A stretch of DNA of 63,121 nucleotides, the filler included, from Cercozoa sp. M6MM (taxonomy: Eukaryota; Protista; Endomyxa: Ascetosporea): assembly GCA_040357565.1 (NCBI GenBank). It is 6 parts of 6 records of this genome, joined end to end, with 100 filler letters (N's around TTAATTAATTAA, not from the genome) between each part and the next. Parts side by side here need not be neighbours in the genome. Positions count along the whole stretch, not along the records: positions 21,675 to 45,037 come from JBDODJ010000171.1; positions 45,138 to 55,864 come from JBDODJ010000428.1; 4 more parts are not named here. The stretch is one strand, 5' to 3'. The translations under genes and the position numbers were made by a program. Positions 36,001 through 47,758 of this stretch are shown here, piece after piece (within the stretch, counting starts at the first letter, position 1; every line of letters starts with the position of its first letter). Under the pieces are notes generated by a model that was given only the letters and a program-made list of their open reading frames with translations, made no database searches and was not told the origin of the DNA.

Positions 36001-36986
36001 TTAAAACTCGGTTTCTGTTTTCCGGATGTCTTCGTGCCACTTTCGATTGTCGACCGCGTTGATCGTACCGACGTTGCTTCGATGCAGTGAGATAAACTTC
36101 AAACCAGCAACGAGCGCGTGTATTTGTTCGTTCCTGTGTCGGCAGTACATCGACTGAGCTTTTGACGTCTCTTGGCGTGGCTCCTTGCCGATCCACACAG
36201 AAAAGTGCAGTGCCCACGAGAAGAAAGAAATTACGAGATAACAAGGCTGTGAAGTTGTACCGTCGACTAAGCGCAGCTTCTGTCGTTTCAGGGTTGGTTC
36301 GACTGGCGCACTGTCAAATGTCAAAGTCGTTTTCCATGTCCTCAAATTCCTCGAGACAGCCGTCGTCATCCTTCTTCTGTTTCATAAAAGCAGGGTAAGA
36401 AAAGTACGATGAAGAAGATACGCGACACAACATTTGCAGAGCAACGTACGAAAGCGACTTCCATAGCTTGTACCAAAGCATCACAAGGCCCTTATCGGTA
36501 TCCGAAAATGAGTCGTCGCCGCTTCGGAGAGTCTGTTTTTCGCAGAACTGAGGAGTCATTGCATTCGCGTCGATACCGGAAATTTAATTTCGATTATGAC
36601 ACCCGCCGACCGGGCACCGGCACATACTGTACAGTGTACACGCGGAGCATTCGTAATTTACTCGACTATCGACCGACGCTGGCGTCACTGTACCCAAAAA
36701 CAACGCCGGTCCAAAGAAGAAATTAATGCCTGAAGCAAAAAAGCAAGCAACAGTCGCAAGGGACAACAGGAGGAAAACCAAAATAAGTAATACGAGAGTG
36801 TGAACCGCAGGACAGCAAACGACGCAACACCTTCGAAGTCTGTTTGTCGGTCGGGTTGTCCACGACTTTATTGTATTGTGTCTCTGTGAGACCCCCCAAA
36901 AATCGACTTCTGACGGATCCAAGCACGATTACAACAAGAGACGCAGCATCGGGAAAAGCGACGTCTGTCTCACAGTCACGTTGCAA
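36001..36986 (-). CDS. Possible hypothetical spliced gene
   Basis: Several overlapping minus-strand ORFs and intron-like segments, but no homology and no resolved structure. Confidence 0.3.
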
Positions 36987-36999
36987 ACCTAGTATTGGT

Positions 37000-37113
37000 T
37001 ATTTCTAGAAATAGAAACCTAGTCAAGAGGCCTCCACGCCAGATTTCCAGAAATAGTGCCCTATTCTAGAATATAGTGCCTAGTTCTAGAATAAGGGGCA
37101 TGGAGTTCTAGAA
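37000..37113. promoter_or_regulatory. Array of five TTCnnGAA palindromes (heat-shock-element-like)
   Basis: TTC starts at 37003, 37045, 37064, 37084 and 37106. Includes perfect 14-bp (37000-37013) and 12-bp (37062-37073) palindromes. Function is inferred only. Confidence 0.45.
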
Positions 37114-37301
37114 GTTGTGCGCACGGGGCAGAGTACAGTATTGAACTGTACGGTACTCGGCTACCGTCGCACACCGCACAGTACTGGTAGTCGCACACCG
37201 CACGGTACCGTACTGGTACTAGCCGCATCAATACACAGTGTCCGGTCACACATCTGAGGCAGAAAACGCAACGTCACGATTCGCGAATCGTGCAAAGTGA
37301 C

Positions 37302-39283
37302 CTAGTGCATGACCTCGAAGCGGCCCGTGCGACGCTGCGGCGCCCGTGACGACGAGGCCGAGCTCTTGTGCGAGGCTGGCGCGGCGCGGCCGAGTGAGAA
37401 GCCTCGCGTCCGCGCGCGTCGACCACCGACGGGCTGCGAGGCTGGTGGCGGCTGCTGCCGGTGCAGTGCCGAGCGCGAGAGCTCCGCCGTTGTCGACTTG
37501 CGCCGAGTGGTCTTGGTCGACGGTACTTCCTCGAAGCGGCCGCGGCGACGTGGCGCACTGGCGGCACCGCTCCTGCCGCCGCCCGAGGCCGACGTAGATG
37601 TCGACACCGAGGCCGACGAAGAGGCGGCGCCTGACTGAGCACCTGACGGTGCCGCCGAAGGTCGCGGCGATCGCCGCGTGCCGTAAAGGTCGGGCTGCAC
37701 CTCGAAGCGTCCGAAGCGCGTGCCGCGTGTCGACGGCGTCGGACTGGGAGAACCCGGCGTGGCCGACTTGCGCTCGCGCGACGCCTCCTCCTGTTCGGCC
37801 TGCCGCTTGAGGTCGGCGATGTCGTCAAAGACCCAGCTGCGCACCGTCGTTGGCCGGTCCTTGGTGCGTCTGGCGCGCTCCGGCGCCGGCAGCTTGCTCT
37901 TGGGCAGCTCAAACGTCGGCTCGCCGTCCTTGTTAGTGCCGATCGGAGCGAAGCGCTGCGCAATCGGCGGCAGGTGAGAGATCACGCTCTCGACCACAAA
38001 GGCCGGTCCACGCGCTGCAAGCAACACCCACAGGGATTAGCAGGGGGTCGGCAGGAGGAGAGAGGACAAGGGAAGAGGGCTACCCTTCTTGAAGAAACTG
38101 TGCTTGAGGAGTTTCTCGGCCGTGGGTCGTTTGGCCGGGTCCTTCTGCAGACACTTGCAGACCAGGTCGCGGAACTGGCGCGAAAACTGGTGCGACTTGT
38201 CGTCGAACGAGTCGCAAGACGGCGGGTCGCTCTGCAAGATCATGAGCATCACCTTCATTGGCCGGTGCCGCGCGTACGGCGGCCGGCCAAACGCGAGTTC
38301 CAGCGCCGTGATGCCAAAGCTCCAGATGTCGGCACGCGCATTGTAGCCGCGCGACTGCTCGACCACCTCGGGTGCCATCCAGCCTGTGCACAGCAGCCCA
38401 AGGTAATGGGGGGGTGTGGTGGCAACACAGACAGTAGGTAGTAGGAAGGTCGGTACAAGGTGTGCCCGTGAAGGTGCGACACTGTTGTCGCCGCCGGCCG
38501 CTCTCGAGCAGCGTGCCAACGACGCCAAAGTCGCCGATGAGCACGTTGCCCTCGTCGCTCACGAGAATATTGCCGGCCTTGATGTCGCGGTGCACGCGGC
38601 CCTGCTTGTGCAGGTAGGCCAGGCCACGCAGCGTCGACTGCAGCAGCGTCGCCAGCAGCGCCTCGTCCTTGAAGCCGTTGGGCCAGAAGCGGCGCATCAT
38701 GTCGGAGCAGCTGCCGCCGCCCAGCAGCGGCATCACGAGCCACAGATCGCTGTCGGCCACGAAGGAGCAGTAGGACCGCACGAGATTCTCGTGTCGCATC
38801 TGCGACAGCATCGTGATCTCTTTGGACACCTCAGACTGCGTACACCAACAAACATACGTACTCACGCAAGGAAAGGGGAGGGATCAGACGCACCTGCAGG
38901 TCGCTGGTCTTGTTGTCTAACTCGTCCAGATCGAGCACTTTTACCGCGGTTGGCCGGTGCTCAGTCCGGATCACCTTGTTCTAGAAGCAACACCCCAGAC
39001 ATACATGTGCAGAAATATATATATATATATATATATATATATCTTCCCACAAGTGCAATCGAGAGGACAGGAAACTCACATCATCGTCTCGATACTCCAC
39101 GAGGCATTCGGCAAGATAGACACGCGCAAACGCTCCCGTACCGAGGAGACCCCGAATCGTGTAGTTTGACGCATCCGTCGGCCAAGGAATGCGCTGCCAG
39201 ATTGCCAGATTGCATACATCGTGTGGAGGCAAAGCAAAGCGTGTGACGCATACCTGTTCCTCATCAAGCGCTGGTGTCGCCAT
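37302..39283 (-). CDS. STE20-family kinase, OSR1/SPAK/Fray (plant BLUS1-type MAP4K)-like
   Basis: WPTDASNY, LGTGAFARV, AVK, LWLVMPLLGGGSCSDMM, HRDIKAGNIL, DFG, TFTGTPC|WMAPEV, ADIWSFGITALELA and PMKVMLMILQSDPP. Confidence 0.93.
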
Positions 39284-39362
39284 GTTTCACGCTAACGCTG
39301 GTGGTCTCGAACGACACGCCTGAAAAGCCTCAAACAGGGCAAGGTCGATTTTTGAGAAGTCT

Positions 39363-42190
39363 TCAAATCGCCTCGAAAAAAGAAACGCAGCACAGCTGCT
39401 GCACTTCCAGGCACTCACGAGCACCTCTATCGTGTCCCAGAGCTTTGGAAAGGTACACACAAGTGTCCAGAGCGTGTCTAAGTGCGGCTTGAGCACAAAA
39501 GCAGGGATTATTCTCTGGACGTGGCAGAGCATCCAACCGAACTTTATTTTTGGAAAACGCAACCACTTGATCAAAACCGTCACATCATCATCACCTTCTC
39601 CCATCACACGATCAGCGATCTTCCTTTCGGGTGCCTGCAGCAGTTCTTGCGATCGAGGGGGTGCGAACTGTGCTTGCACTCCCTTGCGTCCTGATATCGT
39701 CAGCACACTGGGATATGAGTACAAGTCGTGCAAGACTTGGTAAACCACCGAGAACTGGTTTCAGTGCGTTACTCAGCCTCAGTAAGATTGATCTAAAAAG
39801 GGACGGGTGGTTTTTATTATGGCTCGGAGACGTTTCGCCAACCGGTTGTTGATGATGTCCCTATACGGGAAGGAGGGTACTGTACCACCCTGGGGTTGAG
39901 GAGAAAAGGTTTTACTGTCCAGGGACATGACTGGGATGGACACATGGAGCAGGTTGTGTGCTGCCGTCTTTTGCGGACAGTCGACATTGACTTGCACGGT
40001 GCTGAAGTCACTGCTGCTGCTGCTGCTGGTGCGACTCGTTGAGGTGGTTTTCATGGATTCGGATGCCAAAACCGAGTGTGACTGACCTGCATTGCAACTC
40101 TGGGTGGCAGTGCGAATGTGCAGTGTGTTCTCTTCATCGTCGCTGCTGTCATTGTCAGACTCGGTGAGCACAAGGAACGAGGTCGAAGTGTCCACGTCGA
40201 GTTCTTCATGCCGCGTGTCAAACGTTGTCACCGATGCACTCGACGACAGCGAGGTTTCCGAACGCGTGTTGCCGCTCGCCAGCGTCGTGTTAAAAGCTGT
40301 TGCACAACAACAACAAATCAAGCCCTGCTCAGTCAGTAAGTGACAGTGCAAATGTAATGTATATTATAAACTTACTGGAGGAGAGCGTGCGGTCATGCTG
40401 AGCTGACAGGTCCAACTGCTTGTCGCGTTCGGTCCAGGCCCCGGCGCGCTCGCAGAGAGAGCTGTCGCTGCTGCTACTGCCGACACCGGCTTCGCTCTTG
40501 CCGGCGCTGCCGAGTGTGCCGAGACTGCCGCTGGATATGCCGCTGCTTCGAGAAGTCTCCTGCCTTGTGGAAGAACTCACCTAGAAAAATGACAAAGAGA
40601 TTCAATCGTACAATTACAAGCTAGGCTTTGACGGGTAATTCAACTCACGGTGTGCCCCAGATCAAACTCGGTCGAGAACTTGCTTTCATGGAACATCTGG
40701 CGTCCGCCAAAATGGCGTATTACGTCGGAAGACAGGAGATGCGAGAAACGCGAGCTCTCGTGCAATGCACATGGCCGATGATGACGCTTGTTTTCTCGTC
40801 GCCTCGTCGTTCGTTTACTCGTTTTATCGGCACCAATGTCGATCTCCATGCACACAGGTTTCTTTCGCGAACGGCTCGCTTTTGTCGCCTGCAGCTGGTG
40901 CAACTTGTCGCGCTCCAGGCGTTGTTGGTGCAAGCGACGGTCGGCTTCGACGAGGTGTCCGATGCGTGACTTGACATTCTCCAAGTGTCGGGGAACACTT
41001 GCTTTGCGCTCTTGTTTCGGTGATGGCTTCATACGATCGTTGCGGTGCAAACTGAGCCGTCGTTTGCTCTTCGTTGAATCGTCGAGCAAGACAGGGTTGG
41101 CGCGACTCTGGTCTCGAGAGCGCACGATCTCTTTCTTCTTGGCTCGCACTCGCTGACGAATCTTTTCGGCAGTGGCGTCGGATTTTGTACCGTCCCCGCT
41201 GTCGCTGTCCGAGTCGTCAATCTCGACCTCGTGGTCGTCGAGAACAGCGACAACTTCGTCGCCGTCGATCAACGCGAGTGACAGCTTCTTTGAGTGTTTC
41301 AAACGTTCGAGTTGCTGCCGCTCACGCTCCTGTTCGAAATGACTTTTGACGTGCAAGTAGCGAGTGGTTGCGATGTCGCTGTGCGTGACATCGTCGTTGT
41401 CTTGTTTCTGGCTCAGCGAGTACGCGAGTCGAGGGCTGGTGCGAGGTCGTCCAGACACCGATCTGCTGCGAGTTCTTTTCTTCTTTTTAGCTTCAAGTTG
41501 ATCGAATACTTCGCTCGAATGAAAGTCACGCGCGCGACGAGCATTAACGCGAACCTTCTTCGCAGAAGCGCACGGGCGCTGGAACACGATGCGTTTCTTT
41601 GCACGTCGTGCCTCTGCAGGGAGAGCCGAGTACTTTCGCTGAGCTTTCGTCAAGTGCGGTAAGTGTCGAGTTCGCCTAGTTCGAGGTGTCTCCGCTGCTT
41701 GAGATGTTGTGCGCGAGCTCTCGCTTTCGCTTTCGGTCTTTTGTTGGACTCTAGAAGGTACCGGTGCCGCATCAGTGCTGCCGACTGCATCATACTCGAA
41801 ATCATCAATGTCATGGCGCAGCTTTGCCATAAAGTTGCGCAACTCTTTGCGTTTTGATGCAAAGCGGAGTGATCGAGCTTCGTGCGACACCCAGCCTCTC
41901 AGTTCATCGAGTGTGAGTGCGCGCACGTCGACAGCGGCATTCTCCAGAGCAAGCACGCCGCATAACGCCAAGAGACGAGAAACGTCGTCCCAATCCTTCT
42001 CCGGAAAGCAGCCAAGGAAGTTGCGAATCAAGCGATTGCGTCGCAGCCAGTCGCACTGAGGCCTGAAACGACAGTACAGTAAATTGAAAGCGAAAATCAA
42101 ACCCCAGAACAGATGCTTCAGTTCGACACTATTGATAATACTGCCAGGACTAAATGACAAGGATACGGCTCGCCTGGCGGAGTCATGCAA
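39363..42190 (-). CDS. Large basic/Ser-rich hypothetical protein (ends approximate)
   Basis: 516-aa ORF 40640-42190 followed by spliceable ORFs 40329-40580, 39779-40351 and about 39363-39750. Confidence 0.6.
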
Positions 42191-42370
42191 AGCTGCAATA
42201 CTACGACTCTCTGTGCTGTGCTCAGCTGTACGTAAATAGTCTCAGACGTGCCTCCCGTTTTTCTCCGCGACCTCGCGGATTCGTGGTTTCGAAAAACAAA
42301 ACTGAAATTTCTAAACCTTTTGCAGATATTTGAGGAGAAGCCTGGCCAAAAGTGTCACAGTACAGAACAG

Positions 42371-43455
42371 ATGTCACTCCCTGCTATAGTGGAGCATCGA
42401 GAGGAGGAAGACATGCCAGCGCAAAGCGACGGTGAGCTAGGCGTTGCTGCAAGCGAAAACTCAACTGGGTTTGAGTCGGCTGAGTGCGTACAGTCACCTC
42501 GACTTCGCGCCAGTTCCTCCGAACAAGTGGAAACAGTTGCGTCACCTCGACCGGGACTGCTTGAGCGATTCTCCTTGTGGTTCCATTCGTTCTTATCCAG
42601 CATCGATCGTGATGAGAACCCGCATCATTCAAGTGAATTGGAAGGCGACGACACGAGCGACGAATACGAGGTTCTTTTGGATAAGGAGAAAATCGAAATA
42701 ATGTGAGTTTAGCTTTTCTGAGGTCTGTCGGACACTCGCAGGAGTTGAACAGCTTAAACTTACTGTGTTGCAGCACATCGTCGTTCAAGTTCTTCGCCGA
42801 AGAGCAAGACCCGACAAGTACACTCGATGCAGACAGGTTAGCCCAGCGCCTCCTTCAGACCCAAGACATCAACGATCTCAACGACGTACAAAAGCAAGAC
42901 ATGGAGGCACGAGTTTCTGCGGCATGGTACATTCAGTTTAGTTCCTGCTAGGTATGATCCACCCACCCCCGTGTTGGTCACATCTGCAGCTACGACGCCC
43001 TGTGTGAATATTCGGAGATGGGCTCTCTTTCAAGGTCAGACTTCATGCAGATGTTCGCGAACGATGTGAAGGTTCGTTTGTCTCGATTGCTTACCACTGC
43101 GACGCGACAGAAATCCGTTTGCGTAGGCCCCGACTGCGCAGTGGCTGAGATCAGCGTTCGAATGGCTGCTGTAACAGACCCAAGTTTAAGTGTAATTTAC
43201 TGCTTTATGCTCTCAAATGATGGTGTGTCGTGCCGGCCCTTTGCCGTGTCCAACAGCGAAATAGAGAGCAACACCGACGGAAATCACGGCATTCCCGTTT
43301 CTGGCCTAAAGCGTACACTGCTTGCCTGCGGGATGAGTGAAGACCTGCTCCTGCAAGAACTGGAGGAGATTCGACCTCAAGAATGCACGTCCCGCGAGTG
43401 GCTTCTCTCTGGACGTCTAGAGTTTGCGCAGTTCATACAGCTCATGACGCGATAA
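42371..43455 (+). CDS. Degenerate EF-hand/calmodulin-like protein
   Basis: EKIEII|TSSFKFFA, GSLSRSDFMQMF, GIPVSGLKRTLLACG and SGRLEFAQFIQLMTR*. Confidence 0.6.
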
Positions 43456-43848
43456 TTCGGATACTAACACAGCTTTGCGTTGACGCCTGCCGTGCTTCGA
43501 GATTGCGTGCGCAGTTTGGATTCCTACGCTGGGTATCCTCGACGAACCTAATTATTTGCCCTTGGGAGCTGGTATGTTTAGGTAGTTACTGACCCCCGGG
43601 AAGGTTTTCACTTTTTTGACGATAGGGATTCTACTGCGATTGGCGTCGAAAGGAACCTATTTAGGTTCTTTTTGTGGCATCACCACAAAGTCACAGCAAC
43701 AACTAACGTAACATTGTCGCTAAGTAACATAACCGAACACATCATCATGGTAAATGATGCACCGCCGCGCTACTGCGGTACTTCTGGAGACGAATTGAAC
43801 CGAACCAACAAGGCGGAGCCGATCGCGCGCGCGCGCGAAGCGAGGTGC

Positions 43849-44836
43849 CTAAGCGAACGTGGCAGGGTCGAAATCGACGACCTTGATTTCACTCCAACCC
43901 TACACATACACAAGACAGTGGGAGATAAAGAAAGAGAATTCAACACTTTGTGTTTGTGGTCTCACCTCCTTGCTCTGCTGCGTCGCCATGAAGCGCAGGC
44001 TACACAAAGCCAAGGTACACTCAAGGAAGGGCAGGAGGGGCAGGTGAGGGCAGGAGAGGGTACGTGTTGGCAAAGTGCTTGGCCGCCTTGGCCGGCAGAC
44101 CGGAACCGGACTCGACTTGCTCGCGCATCTGCTCGAGGATGAGTTCGGCGAGATTGTTGACATGCGTCGCCGTCACCGTCGACACCTCGAGCTGCGCAAC
44201 ACAGACGCACACAGACACACATTGAGTACAGCCATACAGAGCACAACAAGGGTGGACGAGGAGGCAAGAGGAACCTGGAAGAAGCGCAGGTAGGCATCGA
44301 GAATGGCCACGAAGATCTCGGTCTTCTGCGCGGCCTGCATGATGTTATCGGCGATCTTGAGCGCCTGCATACAGAAACAAAGTGCCCCTTGTTATTAAAC
44401 CAACTTAAGTCCAGGAGACACACCTTCTGCAGACAACTGCGCACCTTGTCGGCATCCTTCTACTCGGGTAGACAAGGGAGATCAGCATGACAAGGCCACG
44501 GCCTGGGTCAGGGTGAGCAGAGATATCAGGCACCTTGATGTTGCCCCAGAAGAGCGGCGTGCAGGACAGAACCATGCGCGACTGCAGCGGCTTCTTCAGC
44601 AGCTTGGCCGCGTGCTGCGTCACCTTGCCGGCCAACTACAGGGGGAGGAATAGGGCGCGCGCGCGCGAGGGGATAACAGCAGAAGCCGGGTACAGTATCG
44701 TAGTTGTCGGCCTCGAGGTTCTTGAGCGCACCGACGGCGCCAACGAGGACCTGCAGCGCCGCCACCTGGTCCGCCGTCGACGTGAGTTCCTCCTCGAACA
44801 GCAGCAGTGCCTGCACAGTGCCCCATACTCGTACTG

Positions 44837-44869
<33 letters not shown>

Positions 44870-45037
44870 TTCATCAACACACACACACACCCCAGGACAA
44901 GCAGCACCTGCGAGAAGAACTCGAACGTGATCGCGTCGTAGTCGGCACTACGGGAGAGAAGTAAGCAGTAGAGGAGAACAGGGGAGGTAGGTAGATAGAG
45001 AGAGAATACGCATCGGCCACGAGAGCAGCGTGAGCGA
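43849..45037 (-). CDS. VPS35: Retromer subunit VPS35, C-terminal part (5'-truncated)
   Basis: FEFFSQ|ALLLFEEE, DNYDT|LAGKVTQHAAKLLKKPLQSR...LFW, VRSCLQK|ALKIAD and HFANTL. Confidence 0.93.
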
Positions 45038-45137
45038 NNNNNNNNNNNNNNNNNNNNNNNNNNNNNNNNNNNNNNNNNNNNTTAATTAATTAANNNNNNN
45101 NNNNNNNNNNNNNNNNNNNNNNNNNNNNNNNNNNNNN
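45038..45137. other. Artificial contig spacer
   Basis: N44-TTAATTAATTAA-N44. Confidence 0.99.
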
Positions 45138-46435
45138 GCGAGGCCGGCGGCGCCGACTTCGTGGACCTGCTGCCGCCGACGCCGACGTCGAGTGATCGCG
45201 GTCACACCGACACCGTCGCCGACACCGTCACTGATCGCATCATTGATTCACTGAGTGACCGCTCTGACGGTGACCACTCTGAGGGTGGCCACGTGGTCGA
45301 CCGACTCAGTGATCCTAGAGGTGCTGCCGTACACATGAGCGATCAAGATAGTGACCACGTAGGTGACCACATGAGTGACCACATGGGTGACCAGTTGGGT
45401 GACCACGTGGGCGATCAGATCAGTGATCAGACGTCGCTGCTCAAAGGCGACGCCGCCGCCAGTCACAGCGTGCTTCTCGATCACTCCGATGATCCCGACA
45501 CCGTCGATCACTCAGTTGACCCAAGTGATCATATCATCGACCACACCGTCGATCAAACCGTCGATCACACCGTCGATCATACCGATCACACGGTTGATCA
45601 CTCAACTGATTACTCGATTGATCACTCGATTGATCGCTCAGTTGAGCCAGTTGAGCAAACTGAGTCAGTCCAAACTGCGTGCGTCACTGAGGTGTCGTAA
45701 ACTTAAGTACTAGTCACTATCTTGATCACCTATACCCCCCCCCCCGCAGCAGCAGTGCGAGTCGGTGCAGCGCGTGACTGCCGCTCTGACCGGACGCGGC
45801 CTGGCGTGCACCAAGCACACGCGCAGCTCGTGGTCCGGCCCGCACGTGCGACTGCTCAAACTGCTCAGCAACGAGTCCAGCCACTGTGTGCTGTCCTGGC
45901 ACACGGCACGCGCTGCTCGCAAGGTCAGTTTTTTCTCTAGCTTTTAGTTTTTTAGTTTTTGTTTTTCGTATTTGTCTGGCTGGCGACTTTTGACAGCTTA
46001 CATCTTGCATTTTCAAAGCTTTAGTGCAAAAGTAACTGCGTGTTTGGACTGTGAGCAGATACAGCGCTCCAATGGCGCCTGGCAGGACCCGAAAGCAAAG
46101 TCCATCCGCGTCACCAGCGTCGTTGAAGGCAAAGTCTCGCCTGCACAGTGCCCGCAGTTCATGTCGCGCAAGCTCTCTCGCATGTACCTTTAGTTTCTGT
46201 TCACCCAGCTTCCGTTTTTTTTTTTGCTTCAGTTTCAAGTTTCCCATATAAATTCCTGTGCGTGTGTGTGTGTCCGTGTGTGCGTGTGTGCGTGTGTGCG
46301 TGTATGCATGTGTGTGCTCCCAGAGAACCTTCGCTCGTCGCTGTCGTGCGCGGCGAGAATCGCGATTTGGTACTGTCGTTTCGCACCAACGAAGAACGCG
46401 ACTCCTTTGTGCAAGCCATTCGAGTCTCCTTATGA
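45138..46435 (+). CDS. 5'-truncated protein with Asp-His tetrapeptide repeats and C-terminal PH domain
   Basis: DHxx repeats at 45195-45640, then KHTRSSWSGPHVRLLKL...VLSW...VTSVVEGK...RDLVLSFRTNEERDSFVQAIR, a PH-fold pattern of the Num1/PLC-like type. Confidence 0.7.
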
Positions 46436-46606
46436 ACTGAACTGAGGGTCTACTGAAATAGCGTTACTGTTTTTACAGTACTATAGCACAGTATCAGGAT
46501 TCAAGCGCAGCGTTTCTCCACTTCAATTCATTCAGTTCCTCACTCAGCTGACTCGTTTGACTCTAGAAAGGGAGTGATTTAAGCTCGAATCAGCTTGTTG
46601 GAACGA

Positions 46607-47246
46607 ATGCAAGAGCAAGAGCCTCACAGCTTCTCCGAAAACCGCTTTTGTTTTCGGCCGTTTCAACTGAAAAGGGTACGTAAAAAACTACAATGGGCGT
46701 CTTGTGCAGTGCGTTTAATTTTTAGTAGTAATTACATGCACTGCAGAAACAAGAAAACTGTAAGCTCACAAAGATACCGAGACAGGAATCAAAGGTGCCA
46801 AAGAAAACTGTGCTTCAACTGCCTGCCGTTCCTGTCAGCAGTCGCACTCCGGCTGGCCTTCGTTTGGGTACTGCACTGTCCGTGTTGTAAACTTAGACAG
46901 TATGTTGTACGTATATATACACTGCGTGGTGGATCTAAGTTATCTAACTCTCATACTCGGAATCAAAGCAACAGACCTAAACGATGCAGAGGAAACGTCA
47001 AAATTAAACGTCTCTCGCATTCCCGAAACGTCAAGTGTTGACTTGTCGAACGCTCCTGTTCCATTGAAATCCCATCATCTCTCTCACACCGCAAGTGCTA
47101 CAGCAGCAGATGCTGCGAGATCCGAAATACCACCATCGCGCGTGTTTCTCGCAATGAAACCGCCTCGTGTGACAACGAGACTTCCTCCGCCTCCGCCTCT
47201 GCCATCCGGACTACCCCTCAGCACCCTCACAGACCATGCTTTCTAG
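46607..47246 (+). CDS. Small hypothetical Pro-rich protein (3 exons)
   Basis: In-frame splicing gives MQEQEPH...LKR|KQENCK...GLRL|ATDLND...PPPPPLP...DHAF*. Confidence 0.45.
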
Positions 47247-47758
47247 CGGACTATACGCCGTACAGTCGTTGTATAGTACTACACTCTGAAATTACTACAG
47301 TGTCAGTTGTACTGGACTGTAAGTTTACTCAAGTAAACTAACGCAAGCGGAGATAATCTACAGGTACTTTCGCTCTGGGTCAGTATCAGTATGAACGATC
47401 GAGTGCATTCGCACAAGAAAAGATGACAAGTGCCTGCGCAGCACTGAAAAGAACCAAAACTAAAGAAGTAACTCGCGTCGTGAGTTGACGAAACAGTTGC
47501 ACTTACTTTAGCAAAGAAGTGCCGCTTAGTTCGTGCGGGGCCATCAGGGCGTCTTTCGCCTCATCAAAGAGTCAGCAGGTTGAACAAATACTTACGACAG
47601 CGCTACAGTTCACTTTGCCCAGGGCGCGTCGGTACGGACGGAATAAAACGGTACTGTAATAAATCAAGTGCACCCCAGACTGATGCAGGGGAACTACAGA
47701 GTTGGTTTCCTAGAAGACTCAACTAACTAACTAATAAATCAAGTGAACAAGTACGGGG

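Noticed and set aside
36314-36316. In-frame TGA between two same-frame ORFs, suggesting selenocysteine or readthrough
   Set aside because: There is no homology, redox motif or SECIS evidence. An alternative frame is open, and TGA is a normal stop in other genes here.
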